Source: Saprolegnia diclina VS20 (Eukaryota). Taken from it: a stretch of 64,000 nucleotides of DNA. A program made the position numbers and the translations under genes. The notes under the pieces are model-generated. The model searched no databases, was not told where the DNA came from, and saw only the letters and a program-made list of their open reading frames with translations. Where the stretch lies: positions 418,448-482,447 of the forward strand of contig NW_008246082.1 of assembly GCF_000281045.1 (NCBI RefSeq), written 5' to 3'. This document shows positions 10,652 through 25,759 of the stretch, one piece after another (within the stretch, counting starts at the first letter, position 1; every line of letters starts with the position of its first letter).

Positions 10652-13226
10652 ATGACGAAGCTTGAGCGGCCGATCCCGAGCCCCGATGGGGTCAACCAGT
10701 CGCGGGACGAAGGCTTCCGCGCGTCCGTGGGCATCCTGCTCATGCGTCTGCACCCGGACGTCACGGCGCATGCCATTGATGCGCTCGTGCACCTGCGCCA
10801 GAGCGGCCTCGTGCCCGGGATCTTCTTCCGCACCGAGCGCCTCCTCTCGGGCTACATTTACCCGCTGCTCACGCTGTCGCTGACGCCCAACGACATTCTG
10901 ACGCACATCCGCGAGAAGGCCACGAAGGACGCAGACGTGATCGTTTCGACGCTGCTCTCGCACTCGAATGTGGTCGCGACGACGACGACGGACCCGCAGC
11001 TCGAGCGACGCGGTACGGTGCAACACGCAAGTCATGTAGCCTAAGCGACGTCATATCTAGGCTGTCGTGTCGTCGGCGTCGTCGGCGACTACGTCGTCGT
11101 GCACTGGCCCGGGCTGCCCGATGCCTACGATGAGTACGTGCTCCGCACGAGCATCACGACGGACACGCACATTGACTCGATCGAAGCCATGGCCGCGCCC
11201 TTCAACATCTCGTCCGAGTTCTACAATGCGCAAAAGAAGTACGCGCCCATGTGGGTCAACGCGCTCGACTACATGACACCGTCGACCGCCAAGCGTCCTC
11301 GGGTACGACGACTCTCTCCTCCAACCATCATGGACGACACATATGCACCATGTCCAGTCACCCTCCGCGAACGAGACACCGGCGTGCGTCAAGCACACCA
11401 AGGTCGATCCGACTGTTATCGCACGCCTCGACGGCGGCGCCGCTGCGGCCGTCTCGCTCTTGTTGCAGTCGTCGACGACCAACAAGCCAACGACGAGCGT
11501 GCTCGACCACTTTGAGGCCAGCGCCACGTCCGAGCCCACGAAAGGTGTGGCCGTGCATCTGCACTCTGCGCCGGGCTCGGTCGCTGTCGAGCAGCAGACT
11601 GTCGTCGCGATTCCGAGCTGCAGCCGCTGGTTCTCGCTCGATGCCGTGCACCCGCTCGAGAAGCGCATGCTGCCCGAGTTTTTCGAAGAGCCGCGGCCCG
11701 GCACGATCCGGTCCAAGACGCCGCAGGTGCCGCGCTCTACAACACGAGACCGAGCAGTATGGACACCTTGTCTAGGTCTATGTGACGTACCGCAACTACA
11801 TGGTGCATGCCTCGCGCGCGCAGCCGCACGTCTACTTGACGGCCACGGCATGCCGGCGTAATCTTGCAGGTGACGTGTGCGCGGTCTTGCGCGTGCATGA
11901 ATTTCTCACGCACTGGGGCTTGATCAACTACCACGTCCCGGCGCACGCGCTCCCGCCCAGCGTCCCCTCGACGCTCGACCTCGACGTCGCGGCCTACCCG
12001 ACGCCCGCGGTACATTGTACACATACGATATCGCCTCTCAGATCTGAAATCTGAAATCTGATATCGGATATCTCGCCTCTCAGATCGGAGATCTGATTGT
12101 ACAATGCGTAGTTGAGCGTGTGCGAATCGTGCGTCCAGAGTGCGATCGCGTACGAGTTGTCGCTGGACGCCAAGCGCAAGGAGCGCCAGTCGCAGCTCGG
12201 CGGGCCGCTTCGGAAGCTTGATGCGTGGGGCGCCCGGCCGGGCACTGGCATTTGCGAAAACTGCTTTGCGAAGCGCAAATTTCCAACGCATTTGGACGCG
12301 ACCGACTTTGTGCCATTGCCCACGAGCTGCAAGTGGAACGCCGACGAGTCCAAGCGGCTCGTCGACGCTCTCAACGCGCTCGATACGTCCCAGGCGATCG
12401 ACTGGAACGAGGTCGGCAACACGGTCGGCAAGCCGCCGAAGGAGTGCCTCTTTCAGTTTCTTCAGCTGCCGCTCGACGCGCAAGAGCCGCGTCGAAACGC
12501 ATCCACGTCCAAGGCCTCGGGGTTGTTCCCGCTGGCGCGCGCGACGGCCGACGTGGCCGACATGGTCGCGAACGCCGACCCGCAGCTCGTACAAGCAGCG
12601 ACGCGCGCGGTCTTGGCCAAGCTCGACGAGCTCAACACGCCGTCGGCCGCCAAAGCGTCAAGTCCAGCGGTGGTACAACTGTTATTTTGCATGGCGACCG
12701 ACGTAGCGTCTTTGGTTTATAGGCCACAGCCAAGGCGGGCCTCGAGAAGGGCGCCAAGGCGCTCGCCAAGACGGCGAATGACGCAGGCTTGAGCTGTACG
12801 TCCCTTCTACCTATCTTAGCGCCCACTGAAGCCTGTATGTAGTAAAGGAAGACGTGTCGCTCGAGAACGTCGTGTCCGAGCAGGTGTCGTCGGCAACGGC
12901 CGTGGCGCTGCTTGCTGCCAACGCACACGTACGACGCTCGTCCTCGACGATCGTAGCCTCATGGTACCGTAGAGCATTGCGGCACAAGAGGCAAGTGCTG
13001 TCAAGCATCTCATGCGGGACTTGCTGCAGTGCCAAATGGAGCAAGTCCAGCTCAAAATGAAGGCATTCCAACAACTCGAGATGGCGCTCCACGCCGAGCG
13101 CGAAGAGGTAGACTCTGTATCAACTTGATAGTTGACTCACATTGCACATGATAGCTCACAAAGGAGCGGCATGCGATCTACATGGCGCGTCTTGCCGCCG
13201 TCGCATCGCCAAACCCGGAGGCGTAG
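10652..13226 (+). CDS. SWI3: SWI/SNF subunit SWI3/SMARCC-like (N-terminal chromo-like, SWIRM, SANT, C-terminal coiled coil), multi-exon
   Basis: [30 protein letters not shown]...YRNYMV...[46 protein letters not shown]...[26 protein letters not shown]-terminus [24 protein letters not shown]. Confidence 0.9.
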
Positions 13227-13563
13227 ACGAAACCAATACAAGAGACGCTTTATTGGGGACACAACCCTTGCATTTGGCCCCTCCATGGCGCACAAGCAGG
13301 CCGTGATACACCGCTGTACACTGTAGTCGCCAAGGTTGCAGCTGACTTCCACGGGTGGGCCCTGAGACCTGCGCCTTGCCTACTGAGTATTCCCTTCTAT
13401 CGTGCTCCAAACGACGCCCTGTACGATCAACGCTGTCAGGTACGCGGTCAGGTCGCGTTTCGACTACGAATATCGACTTATCGACTGTCGACGACTAAAC
13501 GATTCGACCGACTCTCTTGCGCTGGGTGGGCGACGGCCGTTCAAAAAGTGCGCCAATTTTCGG

Positions 13564-13588
13564 TTATCCGGACGGTTTATCCGGATAA
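13564..13588. promoter_or_regulatory. Tandem TTATCCGGAC / TTATCCGGATAA palindromes
   Basis: Two adjacent copies of the recurrent motif ~170 bp upstream of ATG 13757. Confidence 0.45.
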
Positions 13589-13756
13589 CCGGCCGCTCTT
13601 CCCGCGCCCACGATGGCTGTCACGAGTGATTTTATACCGCCGCCCGGTTCGTTTTTAAAATGGTGCTTTTGCACTTGGTGATTGTATGCAAAATAAAATA
13701 TGGGTATTAAAAAGCGCGGTCGGCCAAAGTGCGGAGCCATTTTCACACTCGCCGCC

Positions 13757-16700
13757 ATGTCCTTCCTGACGCCGCCGCTCAAGACGGTTCGACTAGCGTC
13801 GCGTGGATTCGACTAACTAAACGGTGGGACGTAGAAGCCGGCGGGGCTCGGCGACGTGCGTCAGCTCACGCTGAGCCAAGGCAAGAAGAAGCGCAAGATC
13901 GCCAAGGTGCTCGACCTCAAGGACGACGACGGCGGCGCGAGCTCGTCCGAGGAAGAGTTTGACTACAAGGCCATGAGCTTCAACAAGGAGAACGTCGTGG
14001 AGAACGACAGCGAGAGCGACAGCGACAGCGAGTGCGAAGTGCTCTTCGACTCGCTCTCGTCGCCGGCCAAGGCGACGCCATCGACGCCGGCAAACCACTT
14101 TGCGCTCGACTTTCAGGTGCGCAGAGCGCGACGACGCAGCGTGGGCGAACGTGCTGCGTAGGTCTCGTCAGTCGCTGTCGACCGCGCTGGCCGCTTCGTT
14201 GTCGCCGGCTTCAACAATGGCACGATCCGCCTCTACCCGCTTGTCGACAACTTTAAGCGCGCGATTGACGTCGGGGTCGTCGAAGTCAGCTCCGTCGACG
14301 CCAACGCGCTCGTCTTCCGGAAGGGCGTCGTCCTCGAACACATCACCGCGCGTGGCATGTACACGACGCTGCGCGTCCACGTTGTCATTCCGGGTGCGCC
14401 ACTGGCCACTGCTTAAGCAAGAACGCTCATAGGGTTTCGGTCGTAGAGGACGGTCGGTTCATCTTTGCTGGCGTCTACCGCGGGTCCACCGAGATCCTCG
14501 TCATCGACATCGACTCGATCGTGCTACCAACCGAGACGATTGGTGTCCCGACGGCCGAGGTCGTGACGCACTCGTACAACGACGCCAAGCTGCGCGTACG
14601 TGCTTTGCCGACTCTCTCCATTGCATGCCCACACCTCTGTTTAGGGCTTCGGTGCGGTGCGTGCGGTGCCCGGCGACAGCCTCATGTCCGTCCACGCGTC
14701 GTACTTGCCTCGTGTCTGATCCTCCACCTTAGTACGACCGAGTATCAAGTGCTCTGCGGTCTCGGCATCAAGAACCTGCACCTCTGGCGCTTCTACTGGG
14801 ACCCCTCGTCCGACGACGACGAGTCCAAGTGGACATGGCAGTGCGTCTTTGACCGTCAGACCAACGGCATTAGCCTCGAGTACCTCTCATTCGGGCCCGG
14901 CCCTAACCAGGTCATCTCCAAGTCCGAGCACCAAGCCATCCGCGTCTGGACGCTCTCCGAAGCGACGGCCGACGATGGCACGATCGCGTCGTTCGAGTAC
15001 ACGGACATCAAGCACACGACAGTACATTGTTCTTCTCTGCTTTTGAAGCATCTCACATTTCTACGATCTAGGACGCCGTCGAAGTGTTTGGCCATTATGC
15101 GTACGGCGGGTCGGAGCGGCTAGCGCTCGTGGACCTCGACAACTCCAAGCGCTTTGAACTCGTACGGTGTGTCGCTTAGGGGTAGGGAACTGAGCATGCC
15201 ATGCGTAGGACCTTCCGTCGTCGTCGGCGGTCGCGGCAGCGCGCCCGACGCTCAACTTTCGCAAGCGCCAACTGCGCACTTTGTCCAACCTCACGGGTGA
15301 CCCGATGGGCGTCACGCTCGGCATGTGCTCGGACGGCAGTGTCTTTGTGCACAAAGCCACCGCGGATGCCGCCCTCGGTGTCCACACGCCACCTACGTAC
15401 GTGCCAGGCTACGAGTCGTTTTACCAGGACCAAGGCGGGCTCTTGACGCTGCTGCCGTTTGAGATCCAAGACGAGAAGGAGTGGATGGTGGTGTCGGCCA
15501 ACACGAACGAACTCCGCGTGCACGTACTCCACGAGTTCCTCGGTGAGCCCAAGCAGGCGTTCGTCGCGCCGACAAAGCCGCGCAAGCTGAAGCTCACGGC
15601 GGCTAAAGAGCTCAAAGTAAAGAAAACCAAGAAGAACTCGAAGAAAACGCCGAGTCCGCCGCCGTCCGTGGTCGACGATAACGACACGTTTATCGTGCGC
15701 CCGCTCAAGGTCAAGGTGGTCGAAACGCCGGCCCCGGTCGTCGTCGATGTTGTGCCAAACGTGCTGGCGTCGCCGCCGCTCAAGCGCAAACTCGAACCCG
15801 AGATCGCCGCGGTGGCCACCGTCGCCGAGACCAAGAAGCGCATCAAGGCGTCGCCGTGGAGCTACGAGCTCAAGCCGCTCGCACCAAAGCCGGTGGCGAT
15901 CGTCGTGCACCCGCCAGCAGTCACGCCGGCGCTCGTGACGCCCGTGAAGCGCCCGGCCAAAATCGCCGTGCCGTCGCCTGTCGTGTCCATCTCGCCGTGC
16001 TCGTCGCCCGTCCTGCCGCAGACGCCCGCGCCGTCGACACCAACCAAGAAGGTGGTCGACGACCAGCGCGACTGGAGTCCGTTTGTGATCCCCAAGCGCC
16101 GCAACAAGGAGCTCATCATGGACGAGCCGGCGGTCGTTGCTGAAGCGCCGCCGTCGCCCGTCAAGGCAATGACGCCGCCACCGGTAGAGGTCATTCCGTC
16201 GCGCCTCGACACGATCGCCGAGGTCGCTACGATTGTTGCTGCGGTCGAGCCGACGCTGGATGCGGCGCCACCCAGTGTGACCCCGTCGCCGTTTGCCAGC
16301 CATGCGCGGTCGCTGCTGATGCAGCTGACGACGTGCATGCTCGACGAAGACGAGCCCATGGACATTGGTACACGCTTCGATCCTTCTCGTGGCACCTTGT
16401 ATGAACAGTCTTTATTATGCTAGACGAAAAACTCGCAAATGAAACGATGGCGCGCTTTGAAGCGCAGCAGGCGCAGCTCAAGGAGACCTTCACGCGCGGC
16501 CACCGCCAGCTCATCCGCACCGTGTGCAACGACATGCACCGCCGGGGCACGGCCATGCTCGAGCCCGGTCAGCTCCAAGACATTTTTCAAAAGCACGTGG
16601 TACGATTTGAATTTGTTTCAAGTTGATAGACTGATACAAACATGGGTAGGACGAGCTGATACGCGTCCAGCAGCTCGAAGCCGACGCGCTCCACGCCAAG

Positions 16701-16790
16701 CAGCTTGTCGAGTGGACGATCCTCGGTCTCTGCGACTTTTCACTGCCCCGCGTGCACACTGCATTCCCCGTCCCGCGGCTCTTTGGCTAG
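13757..16790 (+). CDS. Hypothetical protein: acidic N-terminus, WD40-like beta-rich region, Pro/Lys-rich linker, helical C-terminus; multi-exon
   Basis: Continuous spliced frame with GT-AG introns and strong codon bias. WD-like strings FVVAGFNNGTIRLY, IKNLHLWRFYW and QAIRVWTL. Ends FPVPRLFG*. Confidence 0.7.
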
Positions 16791-16828
16791 GCTAGATTCC
16801 TGTTATATAATTCAATTCTGTGTACTAG

Positions 16829-18855
16829 TTAGACACGTCGTTTCCGCCACGGCAGCGAAAACCTTGATTTGCTCGCCGGTACAACTGCTTCGACGATCGC
16901 GACGACCGCGCTATGCGCCGGGATCTCGGGCAATTCCTTGCGTTTGTGGCGGCGATACGCGCGTTGAATGCGTCTCGCAGCGGCCCGTCGCGTAGCAAGC
17001 GCATCGCCCCGCACACGTAGCCGACGCAAGGTGTCCGTGTACTCTGGCGTCTCGTGCAACTTCAAGTCCTACGCCTCTTTGGCTGCAGTTCTTAGTGGCT
17101 ACGAGAGCTCTGGACCTTGGCGAGGCCCAGGACAAGCTCCACGCGGGCGTCTCGCTCCATGGCTTTGGCTTGCGCTTGTGCCGCCAGCCTACTCGAATCA
17201 TCGGTTCGACTAACTACAAAATTGGCGCAAATTACTGGGCGTCGCGGGCCTCGGAGGCCATCCGGTCGGCCTCTTCGTCGACCATGCGCTGCTGCAAAGC
17301 AAGTGCTTTGAGGTCCCGCCACACGTGCGGGCGGTGGGCCGCCAGCTCCCGCAACTGCTGGTCCGGACTAGGGCTAGGGTAGGGCGCGCCCGAGAGAGCC
17401 GACAGTACCTCGTGTCCCGGACCCGCTGCAGTAGCGCGGCGTGGCGGTCCCTCGCGGCCACCTCCGCTGCTTTCTTTTCGTCGTCTTGCTGCGCGGCCAT
17501 CGAGGCCATTAGCATGCGCTTCCACTCCTGCAGAGATGCTCGTTAGACGATACGGCGACTTGCGATTCGACCTCGAGTCCCGCTTTCGAAACGAGATACG
17601 AGGCCCTACGGTTCGTCAGACGACGCGCGGATCGGACGACGCACTTGTCGTGGCGCGAGAGGCCGCGGGCAAATTGAACGCACTCGGCGAGGTCGGCGTG
17701 GAGGCCAGCGACGCACTCGTCATGCGCGGCCGTGAGCATGGCTTGCCGCGCCTTGTACAAGCGCAGTCCGTCGTCCAGCACGCGCTTCTGCTGCTGCATG
17801 TGGTCCATGTACTATTCATCGTCCATTACGTAGGCAGCAAACACCAAGAGAGCGACGATACGAGCTGCGTCGTCTCGGTCACGAGGGACGCGACGTCGTT
17901 GGCGTCGGCGGCTTTGGCCAGCGTGTGCCGCATGGTCGGCAAGATCGTTTTCATGTCGAGCTGCTGAAGATGCTTGTGTTGACAGAGGCGATGCTTGTAC
18001 GCGTCACCGGTCGTCACGGGGTTGCTCAGTGCCTCCAACTCGTCCAGCAGAGGGAGCGAGAGTACTGTCTTGACGAGCTACGTCGACAATGTGGCGATAA
18101 AGAAGGAAGAGAGGTCGTACCTCGTCGAGATCGGTGAGATGATTATAACTCAGAGCAAGCGAGCGCAGCTGCTGCAGGGGCACCACCGACCCCAAGCAGT
18201 CGTCATGCAGTTGGTTGCGACGCACCGAGAGCCGCTCGAGTCTACAGCCGCGTCGCTACATGAGCGATATTCTGCGTGTGACGCAGCAGCTACGATCGAA
18301 GGCCCTCGACACCGCGTAGCGTAGTGAGCTTGTTCTCGTCCAACAGCAGCGTCTGCAAGTGCACACAGACGTCGAGACCGTCCAGCGACCCAATCTCGTT
18401 GCACGAGAGGTCCAAGCTCACGAGAGCGTTGGCTGTAGGCAGTCCCCGCACGTGCTAGAGACGCTGCGAAAAGGCGTCGCTCCCAGTGATAATGGTACCG
18501 TGATCAAGTTGGTTGCGGCGTTGAGTACCCGTAGGTGGCGACATCCGTCGAGGCCAGCGACGTCAGTGAGCTTGGGCTGCATGCGCCACCGGTCACTTTG
18601 ATGACAACTGCGTACCTGGTTGAGCTGCACGCGGAGCTCTCGGAGGTTGGGCCATGAAGCGAGGGGTGGTACTTGTCGCAGCCGGTTCATCGACGCATCC
18701 AGAAGCACAATGTCGTCGATTTGTCTAGTCGAGCGACTTGGGGTACGCAGGAGTCGAGAAGCGAGCGTACGCTGACATCGGTAGCGGTGGCGGGAGGGTG
18801 CGAAGCTGCTTGTACTTGCAGCTTGCTTCAAAGATGCGCGCGCTACTCTCAACAT
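16829..18855 (-). CDS. Leucine-rich repeat + coiled-coil + IQ-motif protein, multi-exon
   Basis: SDS22-type LRRs (LLDASMNRL, LRELRVQLNQ, LRVLNAATNLI, LRSLALSYNHL), LRR cap NPVT..YK..LQQLD, C-terminal IQ motif AARRIQRAYRRH. Confidence 0.75.
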
Positions 18856-19012
18856 GCCACTCGAGCGGCCGGTCCCGCACCTCGATCACAGTCCACACCG
18901 AAGGTTTCATGGCAGTTGAGACTCTACTTTCTATCGAGTCAACACTGTATATAGCTCTTTTCTAGACACAAACTTTAAAACAGGACAATATGTCTTTACT
19001 TTGACTGAAAAG

Positions 19013-20410
19013 CTACATGGTGTACTGGCGAGGCCGGTCGCTCTCGTCGTCGTCACTCGACCCGATCTCCAAGTCGATCGCTGACGACGTTCGAGGCAGC
19101 GTCGCAATCGCTAGATGGCAAATATCAACTTGATAATTTCCAGACGCGCGCACACCGTCCATCTCGGTCGACGAGCTCTGGCGGGGAAAAAGGCTGTGCT
19201 TCTTGAGCTTGAGGCCCTTGTACTTGAGCCCGTAGAGAATGCCGAGTGCGCAGAGCAGCACAAAACTACCGACAATGACCCACGGGACATACCTACCCCC
19301 ACGTTCCATGAGCCAAAACACTAGACACGAATTATTCGCACGTTGCGGTCGTCGACTCGCTGGCTTCAAAGGACTTGAGCAGGCGGGTCTGACTCAGGGC
19401 GTAGGCGCCCAGCGTGCTGTCGCTATGCAGCGACACGTGCATAGCGTACTTGGAGACGACGTGCGCCGAGATCGTGCTCAGAACCGGCGACGCCTCATAG
19501 ACGCTCGAACACTAGTGCATATTACTACACCAACAGACCCACGCGGGTTCGAAGCGTGTACCGTGGTCGATGCAGCGGTCGCGTGCGCATATGCATACGC
19601 GGTCACGACCGTCGCATTGGTTGCGACCTGGCTCACTTGGGACTTTGCGCTTGTTAGACCAAAGTAGGCATCCACGCGGTGCTCCTGCAGCACCGAACTT
19701 AGCGCAGTAGCAATCTCGCAGAGCGGTCGCTGCCCCACGAGAAAGAGCCACTGGCTACGACTCGCCCCGAGGGTCGTTAGCAGCCTACCACAAATTGATA
19801 CGCCTCTTCGAGAACAGCCATTGCTACCAGCTTGTGTGGGCGGCTTGCGCTTCGTGGATCGCGTCACACGAGGTGGTGCACACTACTTCTCCATCTGAGT
19901 CAATTGAGTCACCTGCGGCCTCTCGAGGATCTGCAATACCTGGTGCGAGGAGTGTATCGTTGATGAACACCACCTACGGCTCCGTCACACCAGCCATCTC
20001 TAGCGACCAAGGCAAGTACTTGAATCGAGAACGGGTCGACCTCGACGGAGGCATTGACAACGAGCGTTGAGCCTGGGGTGGCCGACATGACGTTGCTCTA
20101 GACAGGCCGTGCCTTCGGTTTCAACGCTGTCCAAGCCATCCTACCTGCAGCCAGAGAGGCAGAAAGGACGCATTGATCGTGGCGTCGGTCGTGAGTGTCC
20201 AAACGTTGGTTTGGTTGACGCTCGCCGCCGCTGCGACTTGCACCTACTCGGTCGTATCATAAGTGCAGCGCTCGACGGTGGAATGGCAACGACTTGGTGG
20301 TAGAAGGCGGTCGACGGCGTGCCAGCCACCGGCGCCAGCACATGAAATACGATGGAGCTCGTTGCGTTTGCGAGCGCGGCCATCGACCAAACGAGCAACA
20401 TCCGCACCAT
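19013..20410 (-). CDS. Putative type I membrane protein (signal peptide, single C-terminal TM), multi-exon
   Basis: Signal peptide MVRMLLVWSMAALANA; last exon TM WVIVGSFVLLCALGILYGL followed by basic residues. Internal exons not fully resolved. Confidence 0.55.
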
Positions 20411-20465
20411 TTTGCGTGAATTCTCGACTATTTTCGTTTAAAAACTGACTTACGACTGGTGTCAT

Positions 20466-23400
20466 CTATGAAAATAGCTTGTGGAGTGCACCCCGCTTCT
20501 CGCTCAGCCGCAGCGCCTTCTCGACGCCGGCAGGCCCCAGCTCGGTCTCGACGACGTCGCGAAAGCTGCGGTACTGAACCTCCTAGATACCGAATTTGTC
20601 AGCCGCACAACCCAGAGACGCAGTCGTACGAGGCTGCCGAGGAGAAGGAGCAAGTCGCCGTCGCTCTTCTCGGCCGTCTGCGATGCATCGTCAAGAACGC
20701 TCTGGCACAAGGGAATAGGTCGTACCGTCTCGGTGGGCGCCGCTCGAAGCGCGTCGATTTGAGCTTGGAGCGATACGATCACCTAGATTCACCAGCGACA
20801 TGAGCGTGCCGCAGCAAGCACGCGATCACCTCGTCCTTTGTCGCTGTCAACTGGTCCACCTTGGTGCGGAGTCGGTCAAGTTCGGCTGCCATCGTCTCCT
20901 GCAGAGCCGTGAGTCGGCGTCCACGAGCTGGAAGGAGTACCTTTTCAAGTTGAACCGACTGCAAGGACGAGTGGAGCGTCTTTGCGGCTTCGTGGTGCGC
21001 AGCCCCTTGGCTCCGAAGCTCCTGTTTCCAGCTCGACACCAATTATCCTTCGTGGGCCAACGCTACCTCTTGCAGCTGCATTTCGCCGTCGGCGCGGACC
21101 TGCTGCAGCGCTTGCTCGTGCTGCACAACGAGCGATGCAACCGTAGCCGTGTGTGCGGCTGTCATCTCATCCATCTTGGCCTGCACAGCTGCCACGTGGT
21201 CGACATTGGGTGCTTGCTTGGCGTCCAGGACGGCCTTGTGGGCCGTGAGGCGGTCAATCATAGCTTGCTGCGCCGCAAGCTCGTCGTCTTTCTCAGCGCA
21301 CTGCCGCTCGAGGCGGGCGATCGTCGACTCGAGCTGCAACTGCAGAAGCGACGACTCTTCATCGGCAACGGACTTGGCGGCTTGGGATGGCGCAATGGGA
21401 GCGTGGGGGGCTGTGGGGGGGTGCCCCCGCAGCGAAGCAAGCTCCTTCTCCTTCTCGGCCAGCTCTGACTCCACCTACTTGGTTTGAGTCCGATCGCCAT
21501 CTATGGGACGAGCATGTACGTGGTCGAACGCGTGGCGGAGCCCGCGAAAGCGCGTGTCACTTGCTTCCTGCTGACGCCGCAGCTCGTCGATCTGAGCACG
21601 GGCCTCCTCGAGCGCGACCGAAGGGGCGGGCATCTTGGCCTCGAGCTCGCGTCGAAGCTCTGTCAGCTGCGCATCTTGCATGCGGATCAGATCTTGGTAC
21701 GCGCGCGCCGAGCTGTCTTCGTCGGACGCGTCGCTCATGTAGGCGCTCAAGATGGCACTTCGTGTCTTTTCTAAAACCAAATTTCCTGTTGACGCATCGG
21801 CCGTATCAAGTTGATATATGCCTGCAATGTGCTTGAAGAGCGTCCCAAATGGCTTGTCATAGAGCGGGTAGGCGAATCCCTCGGGGCGCCGCGCACTGCT
21901 CAGCGCATCGCTTTGCTGGAGTTGCGTAAAGCAGTCTGTAAGCCGCTGGAGCCCGACGCGGTCCGTCACCAAGTTGAGAAATTGCTTCTGGCCCATGCCC
22001 TGGACAATAGAGCGCTGTATCAAGAAGGCTACAGATGCGTCTCGTACCTTGTGGGCAGGGCCCGTTGGAAGCGTGTCGAGAACGACGCCAAGGACCGCAG
22101 CGGCGAGCCCCGTGAGCTCCACGTCGGCGCCGTCGACGGAGGACGACGACCGCGCCCAGTCGAAAAAGAAGGTCAGCGTCGGCACCGAACTCGCGACCTC
22201 AGCGACAGCGCGCGGGCACTGCACGATCGATGCGAGAAGCACGCGGAACAACCCGACACAGAGAGGGTACTGGGCCTTGGAGACGGGGGCGACACACGCT
22301 CTGCAGAGCCATTGCAGCCACTTGTTGAGGAAGAGCCCGCCTGGCACGGCGACCGTGTTGGCCGCCATCGGAATGCGCAGAGCAAACTCGCGGCACTCGA
22401 TCGTATCAATCTATCAATACGGTATGTATCAAGGTGGCAAGGAACCCATCTCGTACGAGTTGCCGCCATCGGGCCATGGCCTTCCACGCCACCTTGATCG
22501 CGTCGCGGGTCGTGAGCTCGATCGTGGCCGTCGTGGTGCCGTCGAGAATTGCGTCTATGTGGACAACAAGTCCTTTAAAAATGTACACTATTTACCGTAC
22601 CAATCGTCGACTCAAGGATGCTAATGAGTTCTTGGCCAACTGGCGTGATCGGACCGCTCTATACAGTGCGCAGGTTAGCCGATACCTCGCGCACGGGGCG
22701 ACTTCGTGGTGGGGCGGCGCTGGAATGTGCTGCAACAGCGAAATCTTCACCAGCGGCGAGCTCCAAACTGTGTTCACAAGCCGTGTGGCCGCCACTAGCC
22801 AAGCGCATGGGCGGACGTCGTCGTACGTAGAGGTGCGTACCGCTCAGTGCTGTCTCTTCATGGTGCACATCAAGGCGCAGCAAGGACGACAGAAAGTACG
22901 ACGACTCGCGCAGCGGTAGCGTCAACAAGAGCAGCTGATTTCCTTCGTGGTCTCTTGCAAACGCTTCTAGGAGCTAATCCGAATAGAGGGTTAGGGTACA
23001 TATTTGCGAAATCTTTCAACGCACCGTGCAGGCAGCGATGCGGTCGGCCGTGGTGCCAAAAGCCGCAAGCTCGGCGACCGCGGGAATCACATCGGGCTGC
23101 TGGGCCAAGGAGCTCTGGAGGCTTGGGATCTCGCCCAACCGCTTGGCTTGGTCGCGCTGCGCCAGTTCGTCCAAGTCCTACATCGCAGTCGAAACGCAAT
23201 TCGATAGCCGTCGCAGGTACCGTCAGGTCGTGAAATACGGGCCCGATGAGCGCCTGCAACAGCCGCAGCGTCCACTCAATGGCGGGCGTCGGCGCGTCGC
23301 TCGGCTCGACGTCGGCGTCATCCACCGCGAGGGGTGCTGTCAGTAGCAGCGGGAAGAGCGCGGGAATGAACGGCGTTTGGCTCAAGAGGTACTGCGAGTT

Positions 23401-24389
23401 GACGTTGTCGTGGACCATGTGGTACAGCACTTGGAGGCAGTCGACCAAGACCGCACTGTCGACGCCGTGCCTACAACGTGCGACTTGATACCTTGATACA
23501 TTTTAGACACTAGACAAACCCTTCGAGTTCGAGGTCGACGATCTGGAACAAGCGAGCAAACCCGTCCTCAAAGGCGAGGAATTGCTGGATATGACGCTGG
23601 GCCATCGGGCTTTGGTTCGTAACGAGGTGCAGCAGAATCTAGTCGGTCGGATGAGTCGCCACGATGCATAAAGAGTATTTACTTGGATGGCCGTGTCCCG
23701 AATGTGTTCACGCTTGTCCTCGACGACGTCGAGCAGCAGCCGCAGCCTACGACGCCATGAAGACGGTCCTAGAGGCTAAGGATAAGCGTACCCTTCGTGG
23801 CAGTCGAGGATGTGGGACGCAAAGCTCTGAACGTCGCCGTCTTGGACGCGCTTGATGAGCTGCACGGTCGGGCCTCGAATCCACGGCGACGGATCGGTCA
23901 TGAGGTTGAGGATCTCGCGCAGCGCATTCGGCTCTGCGTCGACACGCCTGTTAGTTGCGAAGGGACCCGAGACGTCGTACCGTTGAGAAGCAGCGTCGCA
24001 TTGGCCGGTCGCATGGTCATGAGCGCCTGCATGAGCTCGAGCATCGCCTCCATGAGCTCCGTGTCGCGAGGGTCCGTCACGAGCGCGTTGAGCAACACGG
24101 GCAGCAATAGCGCGTGGTACTCGTCGAGGATCTCGGCCGTGTCCCAGAGCGCTTGAAGCTTGGTCAGTGACGCCTTGCGCTCCGCGAGCAACATGGCGTA
24201 CTGGAAGCCCTCGATCGCGGTCGTGACGTCGGCCTTGGCCACGTGGCGCCGGCCCGAGGTCGGCGGCGTCGAGATGCGGGGCGGCGTCACGAGGCCCGTC
24301 AGCTCCGGCGGGCGCTTGGGCTCGGCGTCGTGGCGCGGTGGCAGGCCGTCCAGCGACGACTGCACAAACTTCTTCATGAGGTGCTGCAT
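20466..24389 (-). CDS. USO1: USO1/p115 general vesicular transport factor (ARM head + coiled coil), multi-exon
   Basis: Head motifs IQQFLAFEDGFARLFQIV and VDCLQVLYHMVHDNVNSQ, a long coiled coil, and C-terminal DLLLLLGSL. Stop at 20466-20468. Confidence 0.8.
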
Positions 24390-24476
24390 CCTCGTCGACG
24401 TCAGCGGCTTGGATCTACGCTCGCTTACAAAGTACGCTCGTCGACCTATGCGCCAATCCGATCGTTGGATTTGTAA

Positions 24477-25713
<1,237 letters not shown>

Positions 25714-25759
25714 CCACAACAATAGAGACCAACTTTGTCCATTCTAGTACCTGGACTAG

